This document shows, piece by piece, positions 49,105-62,010 of a DNA stretch of 64,000 nt. The position numbers and the translations under genes are program-made. Position 1 is the first letter of the stretch; the number at the start of each line of letters is the position of its first letter. Where the stretch lies: assembly GCA_038087875.1 (NCBI GenBank), contig JAXLNO010000140.1:124001-188000 (forward strand), given 5' to 3'. Origin of the DNA: Malacoraja senta (taxonomy: Eukaryota). Below the pieces are notes generated by a model. It was not told where the DNA came from, searched no databases, and saw only the letters and a list, made by a program, of their open reading frames with translations.

Positions 49105-49260
49105 GTTGACAGATGAACAGAAACGGCTCCTGACTGCACTGGTGCTGCTGGAGGAGCAGCTCAGCCAGACACGGCTGGAGTTGCAGGCTGTACGTGCAGC
49201 ACAGAAGGACATGGACTCCAGCATGCAAGCTCTGGAAAACAGAATTAAAATATGACTGGT
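49105..49260 (+). pseudogene. SUN2: SUN2-like exon 11 with 1-nt deletion (TGA at 49253)
   Basis: LTDEQKRLLTALVLLEEQLSQTRLELQAV...ENRIKI*. Length is 156 nt where 157 is needed for phase 2/0. Confidence 0.8.
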
Positions 49261-51975
49261 GTAAGTTTTCCCATACAGTTTTTTATTTAACTGTAAAATG
49301 CCAAAACTTTGCAAAACTTGCCTTGGAGATGATCAAAGAGCTTGAGGTGAAGAGGAAAGTGTGGAAAGTATCTTGCCCTCTTCCCTCCCCTTCTTTAGCA
49401 CCCAACTCCCACTCACCCCCTCCCTCTCTACCGCGTTCTTCCCTTTCTCTCACTGTCTCTCCTTTTCCCCCTCTGCTCCTTTCCCTGTGTTTACGACGTG
49501 GTGTCCTCAACATTGGAGAAACCAAATTACAATACAATACAATACAATTGTATTTGTCTTTTGGACAAATTTGTCATTTGGACCCCAATAGGCATTGGGT
49601 TCAATCCAACGGGCACTCCTGAGCTTCCTGTTATCTCATTCTGACTCTTGGATGTGGGAGTGACCGCCCAGTCTGTGACTTCCTGCACTGTTGCAATGAG
49701 GCTCAAAGCAATCTTGAGGAATGGCATCTCACCTTCCATTTGGGCTCATGGCAGTCCTCTGGGCTTGAACGGAATTTGATAATCTTGGGTAACTTGATTC
49801 CTCTGTTAGTATCAGTTGTCCATTTGTGATAATTGGGTTGGCATGTTTTTTTAAATCTCTATCCAAATGTGGAGGGCATGTCCATGCTGACCTGCCAGAC
49901 ATGTCTTGTCTGAACAGCGTCTCCACCTGAAACGTCACCCATTCCTTCTCTCCAGAGATGCAGCCTGTCCCGTTGTCTATCTTCGGTTTAAACCAGCATC
50001 TGCCGGTCCTCCTAGACATGTCTTCTTGCTCTGCATTTTGCAACTGCTACGATCTTTGTCTATTTGTCTTTTCACCTAATCGCTCCTATTCACTCCTTGA
50101 CCAGATAACTTTGTGTGCAGCTTATCCCCATGGTCACCTGGTTTTACACTATCAGAGTCATCCACCCACCTGTGCAGATTTACAAGTTTCTTTTGTCACC
50201 TCCCCAGTTCTGACGAAGGGTCTTTGATTTGAAACATGAATTATGTTTCTCTGGCTACAGATGCAGCCTGACCCGAGTCTCCCAGCCTCCCAGCATTTTG
50301 TTTTTCAGATTTATTCCATCTGCAGATTTCACGCATTTATTCTAACTTTTTTTTCTATATGACTGCCACCTTTCAGTCCATGTTAGCAGACTTCCTCCAA
50401 TATCTTGGGCTCTTCATTTTTTTGCAGCAGCCTCATATGTGGCAAATGCCTTTTGGAGATCTAAATACACACTACATTTGCAGGAGATCGACACAAAAAG
50501 CTGGAGTAACTCAGCGGGTCAGACAGCATCTCTGGAGAAAACAAATAGAAAAGTCCTTTTCTCCAGAGATGCTATCTGAGCCGCTAAGTTACTCCAGCTT
50601 ATTGTGTCTATCTTTGGTTTAAACCAGCATTTGCAGTTCCTTCCTCCTACATTTACAGGTTTCCCTTATCAACTCCCTATCACATCCTGTCAAGTTTTGT
50701 CACACATGATTTTCATTAAACCATGTCGGCTACGTTTGATTAGATGCAGCTTACCAAATGATTAGTTATTTCCTCTTGTGAACTATGAGTGCTGGATGAA
50801 TTAGAATCATAGAGTGATACAGTGTGGAAACGGACCCTTTGGCCCAACTCGCCCACACCCACCAACATGTCCCAGCTACACTGGTCACACATGCCTGCGT
50901 TTGGTCCACATCCCTCCAAACCTGTCCTATCCATGTACCTGTCAATTGACCTATAGTTCCCACCTTCTGTTTTACGTGCTGGGAGGCCAGGTGAATCTCA
51001 CTCACAGCCTCTTCTACTGCTGGTCCAGGTGCCCAGTAAATGTGAGTTCTGCTTCCAACAACCATTCAGGCAGTGAACCCTTGGCCCACTGTACTAATTG
51101 CATCAAACCCTTGTGCTAATTGAATTACATTTCCAACTGTGCAGGAAAGATGGTTACCTTGTTTATTCTGAATGGACCAGTCAGAATATCATAACCTTAT
51201 GTGTAGGAAGGAACTGCCACAGATTACACCGCAGATAGACATCAGCGAGACAGGCAGCATCTCTGGGGGGGTGGGGAGAGGAATGGATGACATTCGAGAC
51301 ATTTGAAGAAGGGTCTCAATCCGAAACATGACCCATTCTTTCTCTCCAGAGATGCTGCCTGTCCCGCTGAGTCACTCCGGCATTTTGTCTTTTTTTCTAT
51401 AATATTATAACAACTCAAACAATCTACCTGCTGCAGTTCCTGACGACTCTCTCCTTGCATCCTTTCTTCTGCCGTCCTGCCAATGTCGTAAACCTTTCTT
51501 GTGCCTCTCTAGTGAACTCCCATCAATCCTGTAGCGAGGCAACCAGAATCCACACAATGTTACAGGTACGGCTGAGCTAACATTTTCCACAGTTCCAAGA
51601 TGACTGTCCCACTACCTTCAAAGATCCCACAACAAGATAGACACAAAATGCTGGAGGAACTCAGCGGGATGGACAGGATCTCTGGAGCATTAGATGCTGC
51701 CTGGTCCGCTGAGTAACTCCAGCATTTTGTGTCTATCTTCAGTGTAAACCAGCATCTGCATTTCCTTCCTAAACAACAAGCTCTCCAAGATCTTTCTGTT
51801 CCCCACCACAGTTCAGTATCCTTTCAGCTATAATGTATTCCCTTGCCTTGTCTCCCTCGCCAAAGGATAAACAATTGTAAAATAATATATTTTTTAAGAT
51901 GACAAAGATACTGCTTTGCATTGATTTCAATGTCTACAAGGAGGAGCACTGACTATCCAGCTCTTGTGTGTTTAG

Positions 51976-52188
51976 AAGGAGACGGCGTTGCTCCCACTTG
52001 TCCACAAGCTGCTCTTCGGTTCATCACAAGACAGCACAGGGGAACCACTGACAGCACAGCTGGTGCATCACAAGGAACTCGAGGCCCTCCTCGCTGGCTT
52101 GGAGAAGAAGATCCTCTCAGATGCATCACTTTATCCTCGTCCGGCAATGGAGACACACTCGGCAGCTGTCAGAGCAGAGATTATTAAG
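51976..52188 (+). CDS. SUN2: SUN2-like exon 12 (phase 0/0)
   Basis: KETALLPLVHKLLF...ELEALLAGLEKKIL...AEIIK|gtacaa, compare human EMQAQLRELESKIL. Confidence 0.8.
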
Positions 52189-52266
52189 GTACAAGCATGC
52201 AAGCAGCCAGTGGCTCTAACTCTGGAACACATCATTGTATTTCAGAAATGTAATTTATTGATAATA

Positions 52267-53121
52267 CTAGACTAAGTGGGACCCGTTGGGTCCCATGTTC
52301 ACACGGGAGGGCTGGTCCCCCAACGCAATATTCCACCTCTCCACCAATTCCAATATTGGTGGGGGGGGGGGGCTTTCTGGGTGTTGTGGGCTGAAGGGAC
52401 TGGTTTCCAGAGGGCTAGTATGGACATTGTGGGCCGAATGGATTATTGGGCTGGCAGCTCAGTCACTCAAGCCTGGTGTGCTGGCAGCTCACTCACTCAC
52501 GGCTGGTGGACTGGCAGTTGACTCGAGGCTATTCCTTTAAATTCCATTTCCAGCAGAGTGCAGGCCACCAAATTCAAATGCAGTTTCCTACCATTTCAAG
52601 CAGAGAGCAAGGCCACCAAATTCAAATGCAGTTTCCTACCATTTCAAGCAGGGTGCAAGGCCACCAAATTCAAAAGCAGTTTCATACCATTTCAAGCAGG
52701 GTGCAAGGCCACCAAATTGAAAAGCAGTTTCCTAGGGCCGAGATGGCCTGTTTCCGTGCTGTTATGGTTATATGGTTACCATTTCAAGCAGGGTGCAAGG
52801 CCACCAAGGTGACCGCTCCCTCCCCCATCTTGCAGAGACTGAGCCACTCCCACAGTTCCGGGTTTTATAGTCCCTCCCCCTCCCACCAGAAGGGGCGTGG
52901 CCTTCATGGCAGTGATTGACAGGAGAGAGAATCTCAACATTTTTTAAACACAAATAACTCTTTTATTTTTCATCGATGGGAAAAATCCTCTTGCCCTGCG
53001 CAGCGGAGGGGGAATCTGAGTAAGATGACTAAAAATCACAACCGTAAGTGGTAGCGTTTTTTCTAAAATCAAATGCAGTGCAAACAGGAAGTGGTCAAGA
53101 TGAGACTTTTAATTATATAGA
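52267..53121 (-). mobile_element. Non-autonomous Helitron
   Basis: Minus strand starts TC and ends CTAG, inserted between A and T with no TSD. Subterminal hairpin TGGGACCC-GTT-GGGTCCCA (52277-52295). Internal tandem repeats of about 46 bp. Confidence 0.75.
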
Positions 53122-53139
53122 TATATAGTAATGAAATTG

Positions 53140-53850
53140 GGGCATGTCTTGCTCTACGTTCCATCAATTCAGCACTTTTGCTTGCAATGTGTCAATGAAC
53201 ACCACATCCTTAAACAGTGCTCCCATGAAGTGTCTGAGAGTCCCTCAGTGTCTAGTGGTGGCCGGACCTTAGACCAAGGCCACTCCCCCACAGCCTCTGT
53301 GGTGACTACACTGAGCTTCAGTGTGTCCCTCACACCACATACTCTCGCACCCTGGAATGTGCCAGTCGGCAGCAATTCATTTACCCACATCTTATGCGGG
53401 AAGATCAATGTTTGGGCAGACCAACGTGAGTCTTCCGCTGAGATAATGATCTTCCAGCAGCAGTTGACATTTATCTTGTGCGTCCCTGTGAAGAGCTCAT
53501 AGATCACTAATGCACAACTGCTCAGGATGAACCATGACAAGAGCCCTTGCATTCTTCTTCTGACCTTCCTGTCAAACACCCAGTGCATAAGGAGGTGAAT
53601 GTTGTCCACACCACAACCATCTCAATGGCAGCGTGCAGTGGGGTGCTTTTCTGACAGAGCAGGCAGGGTCTGACTGGGGGGGGCTCCTCACACTACTGTT
53701 GGCGAGTTCCTTTGTCTGCTTGGGGAGTCATCTGATGGGATCCATCGAGTCCTTCTCCCACAGTGCCTGTAGCTCGTTCTACCTTGATCACTTGTGGTCA
53801 CAGGTAGTTTTCTTCAGGAACCTTTCTGTGAAGGACAGGTAGTAAGGCAA
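53140..53850 (-). mobile_element. Degenerate Tx1/L1-like LINE fragment
   Basis: ORF 53169..53609 resembles the region after the C-terminal zinc knuckle of Tx1-type ORF2. Confidence 0.35.
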
Positions 53851-54220
53851 TGTCAAACTGAATGGAACATTGCATAAATCTACACCGGCCAACATGTCCC
53901 AGCTACACTAGTCCCACCTGCCTGTGTTTGCCCCAGATCCCTCCAAACCTGTCCTATCCATGTCAATGTACTGTAATAATTATTGACCTGATCACATAAT
54001 CCTGCTGCCTTCTATGCAGTAAACTTGGGCTCTCCATCGCTCACTTTTATTACACCTTGCTAATTCCAGATTATGGGAATGGATAAGAGGGATCATTTTG
54101 TGGGACCTGTTGAAGGGAGCATTGCCCGTCTGGTTTCTGTATGTGTGTGGGCTCTGCACTCTATTACACTCTACTGCCCCCCTTCTTATCCCAGATTATT
54201 GTTGTTTTATCCTTTGGTAG

Positions 54221-54305
54221 GAAGTGAAAAGCATTGTGGAGCAAGCACTGAAACTGTACAGAACTGACAGGGTTGGATTGGTGGATTATGCACTGGAATC
54301 TGCTG
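54221..54305 (+). CDS. SUN2: SUN2-like exon 13 (start of SUN domain, phase 0/1)
   Basis: EVKSIVEQALKLYRTDRVGLVDYALESA|gtaagt. Confidence 0.95.
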
Positions 54306-55669
54306 GTAAGTATCAGACAAAAGCCCGGGCCAAGTAAAACTCTGAATGTAACAGACTGAAAGGGTGTTGTGTGGGCTGGCACTTTAGTCATGTTTGACTT
54401 GCTCCTGTGGAATGGGGTCTCTTTCACACTGGGCAATATGTCCTGAATAGGCAAGTACAAATCTATGTTGACAGTACAGGTTTCCCCAGAGCTGCTGAGG
54501 TTCACACTGCTGAATGTTAATTTAACTTGTAACTGCTTGATGTTGCGCCAATCCACAACTCATTTAAAGGCCGAGCCATCGGTGGGATGGCCTTGCCCTG
54601 GGGCACTATCGGCCATCTTCATTCTGTCCACTGCTCCACCATCCCTGCAAACACATTGGTTACTCTCTTGTGCACTCTCTCCGGCTTCATGCCTTTCTGA
54701 GGGCAAGGCAGCCAGGACTGGATGCACCACTCCAGCTGTGGCCAAGCCTGTGTTTTACAAAGTTCCCCATCACTTCTTTGTTCTTGTACCCTGAGCCGTT
54801 ATTTATAAAGTACAGGCGTTTTTAAACAACATCCTAAACTTCCTTCTTTCAGTAAACTAGGCACATATATCACCCATGTGTGTCAGAAGGATGTGAAGGT
54901 CTGATGAAGGGTCTCGACCCGAAACATCACCCATTCCAGAGACACTGTTGTTTCTTCACTCCTTTTAGAATTGTGCCCTCTAGTTTACATTGCCTTATTC
55001 CTCCTCCCAAAATGAAATATTTTCACATTTGAATTACAGCTGTTCAAACCCAATTCTGTGTTTGCTTCCAATTCCATGAATATTCCCCAGTTCACAGTAT
55101 CATCTGCAAATCTGAACTCCGTCATTTAAATGTGTATGAAGAAAAGATGAGTCTTATTCTGCCCTCTGGCCAATTTTACAACTTACATTTAACCTACAAA
55201 CCTGTACATCTTTGGAGTTTGGGAGGATACCAGAGCACCCGGGAGAAAACGCACAGGGAGAATGTACAAACTCCCGTACAGACAGCACCCATAGTCAGGA
55301 TCAACCCAAGTCTCTGGTGCTGTCAGGCATGAGGTCTACCGATCCGTCACTGTGCTGCCCTGATTTAATTCCTCCCTCTACTGTTGGTTGGCCAGTTTTA
55401 TTTCCTTAGAAGCAAAGTTTACGTTGCAGAGAAAGTGAGAGAAAAATAGATAGACTGGAGACCAGGAGACATTTGAGATAAATGTCGATACCAGCTGGAT
55501 CGGTGGAGATGCAACTAGTGGCAGAAATGAAATCTTAAACACCTGTAGAAGTGCAAGAAAAGAAGACAAGCTCATGGTTTGAAATGTGGATAGAAGCTTG
55601 GTTCTTCTCAAGCTAACATTGGACAATTGGAATTGTGTAGAAAGCTGAAGATCTACTTTAGGTTGCAGC

Positions 55670-56140
55670 CATCTGCAGAATCACCAGGATGCTGCCTGGA
55701 TTAGACAGAATGTTAGAGTAGAATATTAGCTATAAGGGGAAGAGGTGGACAAACGGAATGTTTTTGCTGGAGCGTCAGAGGCTGAGACGAGACCTGATAG
55801 AAGTATATAAAATTATGAGAGATATATAGATAGAGTAGGCAGTCCTTTCCCAGGGTGAAAATGTCAAATACGCCAGGGCATAGAGTTAAGGTGAGAGGGG
55901 GGATGTTTAAAGGAGATGTGTGAGGCAAGTTTTTCTTGCACAACTGTAGGTGTGTTGTCAGGGGAGGTGGTGGAAGCAGATACAATAGTAATCTTTAAAA
56001 GGCATTTGGACAGATACATGTACAGACAGGGAGTAGAGGGATGTAGACCATGTCAGTCAGATGGGATGAGTTAGGCTGACATCATGGTTGGTGTAGACAC
56101 AGTGGGACAAAAGGGCCTGTTCCTGCGATGTAAATATATG
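55670..56140 (+). mobile_element. CR1 3' end
   Basis: accaggatgctgcctgga...gacctgatagaagtatataaaattatg...aagggcctgttcc. Confidence 0.8.
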
Positions 56141-56413
56141 TTCTACAATATTTTAAAAATATATGTTCTACAAGATAAATTGTCCTTTCTGGTTAGTCTC
56201 TAAACTAGGTCACATGTAATGCTATATGGCTTTATATAATTAAGAAAAAGAACCTATGCAGACAGCAGTCATTGGTTTGCACATGTTCCCAGCTAACTGC
56301 CCACAAATAACAATATTTTTATATCTGGGTCAGCGGGTAGAAGTTTTACTTCCATTTTATGTTACAGAAATCTTTATCATTGTGCTTAAATTTTTGCAAA
56401 AACAGCATCCTTG

Positions 56414-58285
56414 TTTATTTTTATTTTTTTTGAATGATATTTTTTATTGGATCAAATACACATCATATTGAAATCATTACATGTATTTCTACATCTACAT
56501 TACTATTATTATCAAACATTATTCGTGTTGTCTCCAATAGTTGTTTTTTTATATAGATAGAAAATAAGAGAGTAGCAGAAAGAAAGAAAAGAAATAAAAA
56601 GACAAAGAGAAAAAAAAAGAAAGAGAATAATAAAGAAGAATGGAATAACTTACTAAAAATACTTCATTAGAAATATATTTGTACATTTCAAAGTATAACT
56701 TTTCATCTAATCCTTGGCTCGAGTTTTAGTCAGGTTCTCGTGTTGAACCATTCTGACCCTTCAAATAATCAATAAATGGAGACCATGTTCTGATAAATAA
56801 TTCTTGTTTGTCCAATAGGACAAGTCTAATTCTTTCCAAATGTAAGGTCTCCGACATTTCTATAATCCACATTTTAATTGTGGGGCTTATAGGACCTTTC
56901 CAAAATTTTAGTATTAATTTTTTCCTATGTTAATATATACTATGATCAATAAAGTTTCTTTGAGTTGTTGTAAGTGTTTGATTTTGTTCTAATATTCCTA
57001 GTATTATTAATTTTGATCAGGATCCAATTGAGTGTTGACAACTATAGATATTATTCTAAAAATGCCTGCCCAAAATGTTTTAATTTTTATACAATTCGCA
57101 AATGTATGAGTTAAGTTAGCATCTAAATGTTGACATTTATCACAAATAGGGGAGATATGTGGGAAGATTCTATTTAGTTTTGTTTTAAATAATGTAATCT
57201 ATGCAATACTTTGAATTGTATTAGAGAGTGTCTGGCATTTAATGAACATTGATGTATGTGTTGTAAACTTTCTTCCAAGTATCTTTCGTTATTGTTTGAT
57301 TTAGTTCCCTTTTCCCATGTTTGCCTGTATAAGTCCGTCGATGGTATCTCACTATCTTAATAAGGTATTATAAATGTGAGATATACATTTTTCTGTAATA
57401 GGATGTTTATTCAAACAGTCATCAAGGATTTCTGAATCTCTAGTTCTAAAGTTTTGAGTATTTGCTTTAACATAATTTCTAAGTTGTAGATATCTGAAAA
57501 AATCATTTAAATGGAGTCCACAAGTCTGTTGTAGCTCCTGAAATGAAAGAAATGTGCCTTTTCTTATAAAGTTGTCCCATCATTTTTAATTCCATAATTT
57601 TTTCCATTGTATGAAACCTTTATCCAACCAATAAAGGGTTATTCACAATGGGAAGAAAAAGTGATAAATTATCCAATTTTAATGTCTTTTTTTAATTGTT
57701 TCCAAATTCGCATACCACTGTATATTATAGGATTTTCCCTATTAATTTTGTTGTTCATTTTCGAAGTAGCAAATAGTATCGAGCCAATTTCAAAGGGTAA
57801 ACAATCTTCCTTTTCCATTTTTAACCAATCCGGTTGTTGATCTATTTCTTCCAACCAAAAATTCATATTTTTAATGTTAACTGCCCAAAAATAAAACAAA
57901 AATTTGGTAAAACTAAACCTCCATTTATTTTTGATTTGCACAAATGTGTTTTGCTTATCCTATGATTCTTATAATCTCAGATAAAATCAGTAATAATGGA
58001 ATCTAACTTTTTGAAAAAGTCTTTTGGCAAGTATATCGGAATTGTTTGAAAAAGGTATAATATTTGCGGTAGAAAAATCATTTTTTTACCAACCATTGAA
58101 ATAGGAATTGTTTTCCCGTACTGAATATTCTTATGAAGTTTATTCAGTAAAGGGGGTAAATTTAGTTTAAATAATGATGCATATGTCTTAGTGACATAAA
58201 TTTCTAGATATTTAAATTTTTCATTTACTATTTTAAACGGGAATTGTTGTAGTATATGAGTTTATTATAAATAATATAATAAACT
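56414..58285 (-). mobile_element. L1 LINE 3' fragment (AT-rich) with poly-A tail
   Basis: Minus strand reads FLPQILYLFQTIPIYLPKDFFKKLDSIITDF and the zinc knuckle CDKCQHLDANLTHTFANC. T-tracts at about 56414-56450. Confidence 0.88.
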
Positions 58286-58695
58286 CCTTGTTTATTATAG
58301 TTGTATTGAATGGAAAAACGATGAGAGCAAGTAAATGGTTGAGATTTGGGAGGGTACTTATCCATCCACTGCCACCTGGTGGCCATTCAGCTGTGTATTT
58401 AAAGTTTCAGCTGGATTCTGTGCTCCAACCTGTTGGACACTGTATGAAAATTTGCTTTCAAGTTTACTTAAACAATTGTGATTGTAACATTAAATTATTT
58501 CTGCAGTTGTGCTGGATGTGTTGAGTTATTGGACAAATTGTAAAGTTCTTCTCAGTGGTCAGCATTCAAGCAAAAACTTTCCAATCCCTCTGCTAGTGTT
58601 TTGCAGTTCTCTGCAAACCTGCATATTTCTTGAAGGATTCATGATCAACTTTGTCCATTCAGTGATATGATAATGATTCTGTTTTCTCTTGTTAG

Positions 58696-58811
58696 GTGGC
58701 AGTGTGATCCACACACGCTACACAGAGACGTTAGAGACCAAGACTGCTCTTCTTACTCTGTTTGGCTTTCCACTGTGGTACCAATCTCACTCACCCAGAG
58801 CTGTCATTCAG
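58696..58811 (+). CDS. SUN2: SUN2-like exon 14 (SUN domain, KASH-lid region, phase 1/0)
   Basis: GSVIHTRYTETLETKTALLTLFGFPLWYQSHSPRAVIQ|gtatat. Confidence 0.95.
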
Positions 58812-59104
58812 GTATATACTCCTTGTACTGCTGCTCCCTTCTGTCTTGAAAGCAGTGACCTTCGAATATTCTCCTAGAGGCAGCAAGGTACAGGGACGCT
58901 ATAGTTCCACAACTTCAAGATTTACTGTTGGGGGCACCCCAACTAGTGTGTGTCTTCTGCTTTCCCCAGGTTTATGTGAAACATAATCTGTCTGCATAAC
59001 AGTTCTTCCCAGTCAGAAGAATGCAAGGTATTGATATATATGTCGAAAAAATCATGCATTGGCCCACCATGCGTCCTTGTTCAGTACCACAGTTGTGGGA
59101 TATG

Positions 59105-59630
59105 GAATAGAAACATGGAAATTATGAACAGGAGTAAGCAATGTGGCCCTTCAAGCCCACTCAACCCCTCAGTGTGATCATGGCTGATCATCCAAATTGT
59201 GTCCCCAGTTGGGAGACTCCCCATACCTTTCTCCCCTTACCTCTTGGTCCCTCTAGCTACAATAACAATATTTAACTCATGAGTATATTCAACGATCTGA
59301 TTTCAATTGCATTCCATGATAGATAATTCCTCTGGTTCACCACTCTGGATGAAGATATTTCTCCCCCTCTGAGTTCTACATGACCTCAACTTATCCTCGC
59401 TCTGTGATCCTGGTCCTGAAACTCCCAGCATCAGGAACATGTTACCTCGAATCTTTCCAGTCCTGTTACAACTTCTACATTTTGTAGGTTTCTATAAAAT
59501 GATCATTCCTTCCAAACTCCAGTGAATATTGACCAGATTGCTCTTCATACGTCAGCGCTGCCATCCCTACAGTTAATTTGCTGCACTTCTGATGTGTTCC
59601 CTCCATAGCAAAAATATCCTTCCTTAAGGA
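59105..59630 (-). mobile_element. Degenerate CR1 3' end
   Basis: LRKDIFAMEG...QYSLEFGR...FIETYK in ORF 59475..59774. Confidence 0.75.
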
Positions 59631-60905
59631 AAAGTGTCTCCTTCCATCTGCTTTAACCAAACTGTGACGCTTTCTGCTCCCCATTCCCCTCACCTGGATG
59701 TAGATTGCCAGTGTGTTTGTCAAATCTTCAATTGAGTTCAGATTTTTAAATCCACTTGTGGAGTCATATAGCACAGAAACAGGCCCTTTGTGCCCAACAC
59801 GTCCACGTCAACCATCAGGTACCCGTACAACTAATCCCATTTGCCAGCATTTGCCTGTAGCTTACAGAGGTGCCTAAGTCCAGAGGGTTGAGGTTTTAAA
59901 ACAAAAAAGATTTAGAGGAAATCAGAGAAAGCATATTGTGGGTTGCATTTGATCATACTGCCCGAGACAGAGGTCCTGCTGGTTCAGGTACTTGTCCTGA
60001 TACTTTGTAAATGGTGTGAGAGAGCATCTGTGTTGGGGACAGTGTGTTAAAAATGTCTCAGTAACTCCTGTTCTCTGCATTAACTTAATAATTGTCAAAC
60101 CATGAACCAAAAGCAGCAAATGGGCTCGGCTGGAAAATTGTAGCGCGTTTTCTCATTGTGCAGGGTTGACGTAAATTGGCAGAAAACATTGAGGGGTCGA
60201 GACTGCAGATTCCTGCCATAGCAACCCCCACCCCAACAACCCATCCCTGTTCCCAAAATACCATTGACACCCGTTCTAATCAAGAATTGGTCTATCTCTG
60301 CCTTAAAAATATCCACTGACTTGGCCTCCACAGCCCTCTGTGGTAATGAAGTTTCTCCTCACCTCATTTCTAAAGGCGCACCCTTTAATTCTGAGCCTAT
60401 GACCTCTGGTCCTAGACTCTCCCACAAGTGGAAACATCTTTTCCACATCCACTCTATGCCTTTCATTAGTCTGTAAGTATCCACATATCCTCACGTGGAT
60501 CGTGTCCAAAAATCCAAATCTTTGCTGTCCCTTTAGGAAGAATCAGTGTTCTGTTGAAAGGAAGGGGGATAATTGTGGGTAGAGAATTGTGGGCAGCACA
60601 GTGGTAGAGTTGTTGCCTTACAGCGCTTGCAGCGCCAGAGACCCCGGTTCGATCCCAACTATGCGTGCCGTCTGTACGGAGTTTGTACGTTCTCCCCGTG
60701 ACCTGCGTGGGTTTTCTTCTAGATCTTCGGTTTCCTCCCACTCTCCAAAGACGTACAGGTTTGTAGGTTAATTGTCTTGGTAAATGTAAAACAAAATTGT
60801 CCCGAGTGTGGGTAGGATAGTGTTAATATTTCCTGTTTCCGCGCTGAATATCGAAATGAAACTGAGAATCTTTCCTAATTTTTTTGTTCTTGTTCTCTCT
60901 TGCAG

Positions 60906-61074
60906 CCGGAGGTTCATCCTGGGAACTGTTGGCCATTTAAAGGCTCCCAAGGCTTTGTTGTCATCGAGCTTGCTTCCGGATCAGGCCAACAGCCTTTACC
61001 CAAGAGCACATTCCAAGATCCATTTCTCCGAGTGTGGATCAATTAGAAGTGCCCCTCAAGACGTCTCTGTTTAT
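60906..61074 (+). pseudogene. SUN2: SUN2-like exon 15 with two frameshifts
   Basis: PEVHPGNCWPFKGSQGFVVIELA / RIRPTAFTQEHIPRSISPS / GSIRSAPQDVSVY lie in three frames (-1 near 60976, +2 near 61033). Confidence 0.92.
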
Positions 61075-61789
61075 GTGAGTGAAACGTATAGAATATGAGT
61101 GAATGTTTGGGAACCATGGTGTTTGTGTGGAGCATGCTGCTGAACATGGCAAGGCTTTCTTGGACATTGGATTCCATGTTCAGGGTCCCGAGTGGTCTCA
61201 CAATCCACGTCAATAACATTAACGTTCTGTTAAAAATGAGCAAATTCCATTTCACAGTCCAGAACAATAATCCATCAAATAGAAGGCCCTCTAATATAAT
61301 CTTCAATCTTCCATGCTACACAAGTTGCTCATACTGGTGTTTGAACTGTGATTCTGGGTTTTCACTGTCTTCACTGAGTTTTGTCACTTTATTGCACAAT
61401 CCTCAACACTGCTAACCACCAAAAGCTTCATACAGTGATGAAGCAACTTTACAACCAATAGATGAGATTAAAGTTAACACTACACATACTAGGGACAATT
61501 TTTATGCCAAGTGCTTTCCTGAGTGGGGGTGAACAATTCTTCACTGGTATTCTCTCAGGATTGAGGATGACTTGCTTCCACTCTAGTTCTGTGGGTATAG
61601 AGGTGCCTGATGAGGCCCCTGTGGTGGGACACACTGATTCTACCACAGATGAGAGTTGATGCTACGCATCGTTTCATTCTTTGATTGTGTACAGATTCAC
61701 TTCATGTGCTAAATGAGGTGATGACATTTTTCCAATTGACTGTTTGAAATGAAATTATGTTATATATTCAACCAATGTCTTGCCTACTA

Positions 61790-61897
61790 TGTCAATGCCT
61801 ACTATGTTCTGTTGTGCTGAAGCAAAGCAAGAATTTCATTGTCCTATCAGGGACACATGACAATAAACTCTCTTGAATCTTGAATCTTGAATCTTGA
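61790..61897 (+). mobile_element. LINE 3' tail with (TCTTGAA)n
   Basis: AATAAA followed by 7-mer repeats. Confidence 0.55.
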
Positions 61898-62010
61898 AGC
61901 TTTCTTCCAGGCAAGGGTGAAAGTCCTGCTTTCACCAGCTGGTATAATTGTTGGGGTGACTGGAGAGTAATTTCTGTGTGTAAAGCTTGCTAATTTCTAC
62001 TTGTTCACAG

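Noticed and set aside
52550..52810. CRISPR-like repeat array
   Set aside because: Contiguous tandem units without unique spacers, no cas genes, eukaryotic context inside a Helitron.
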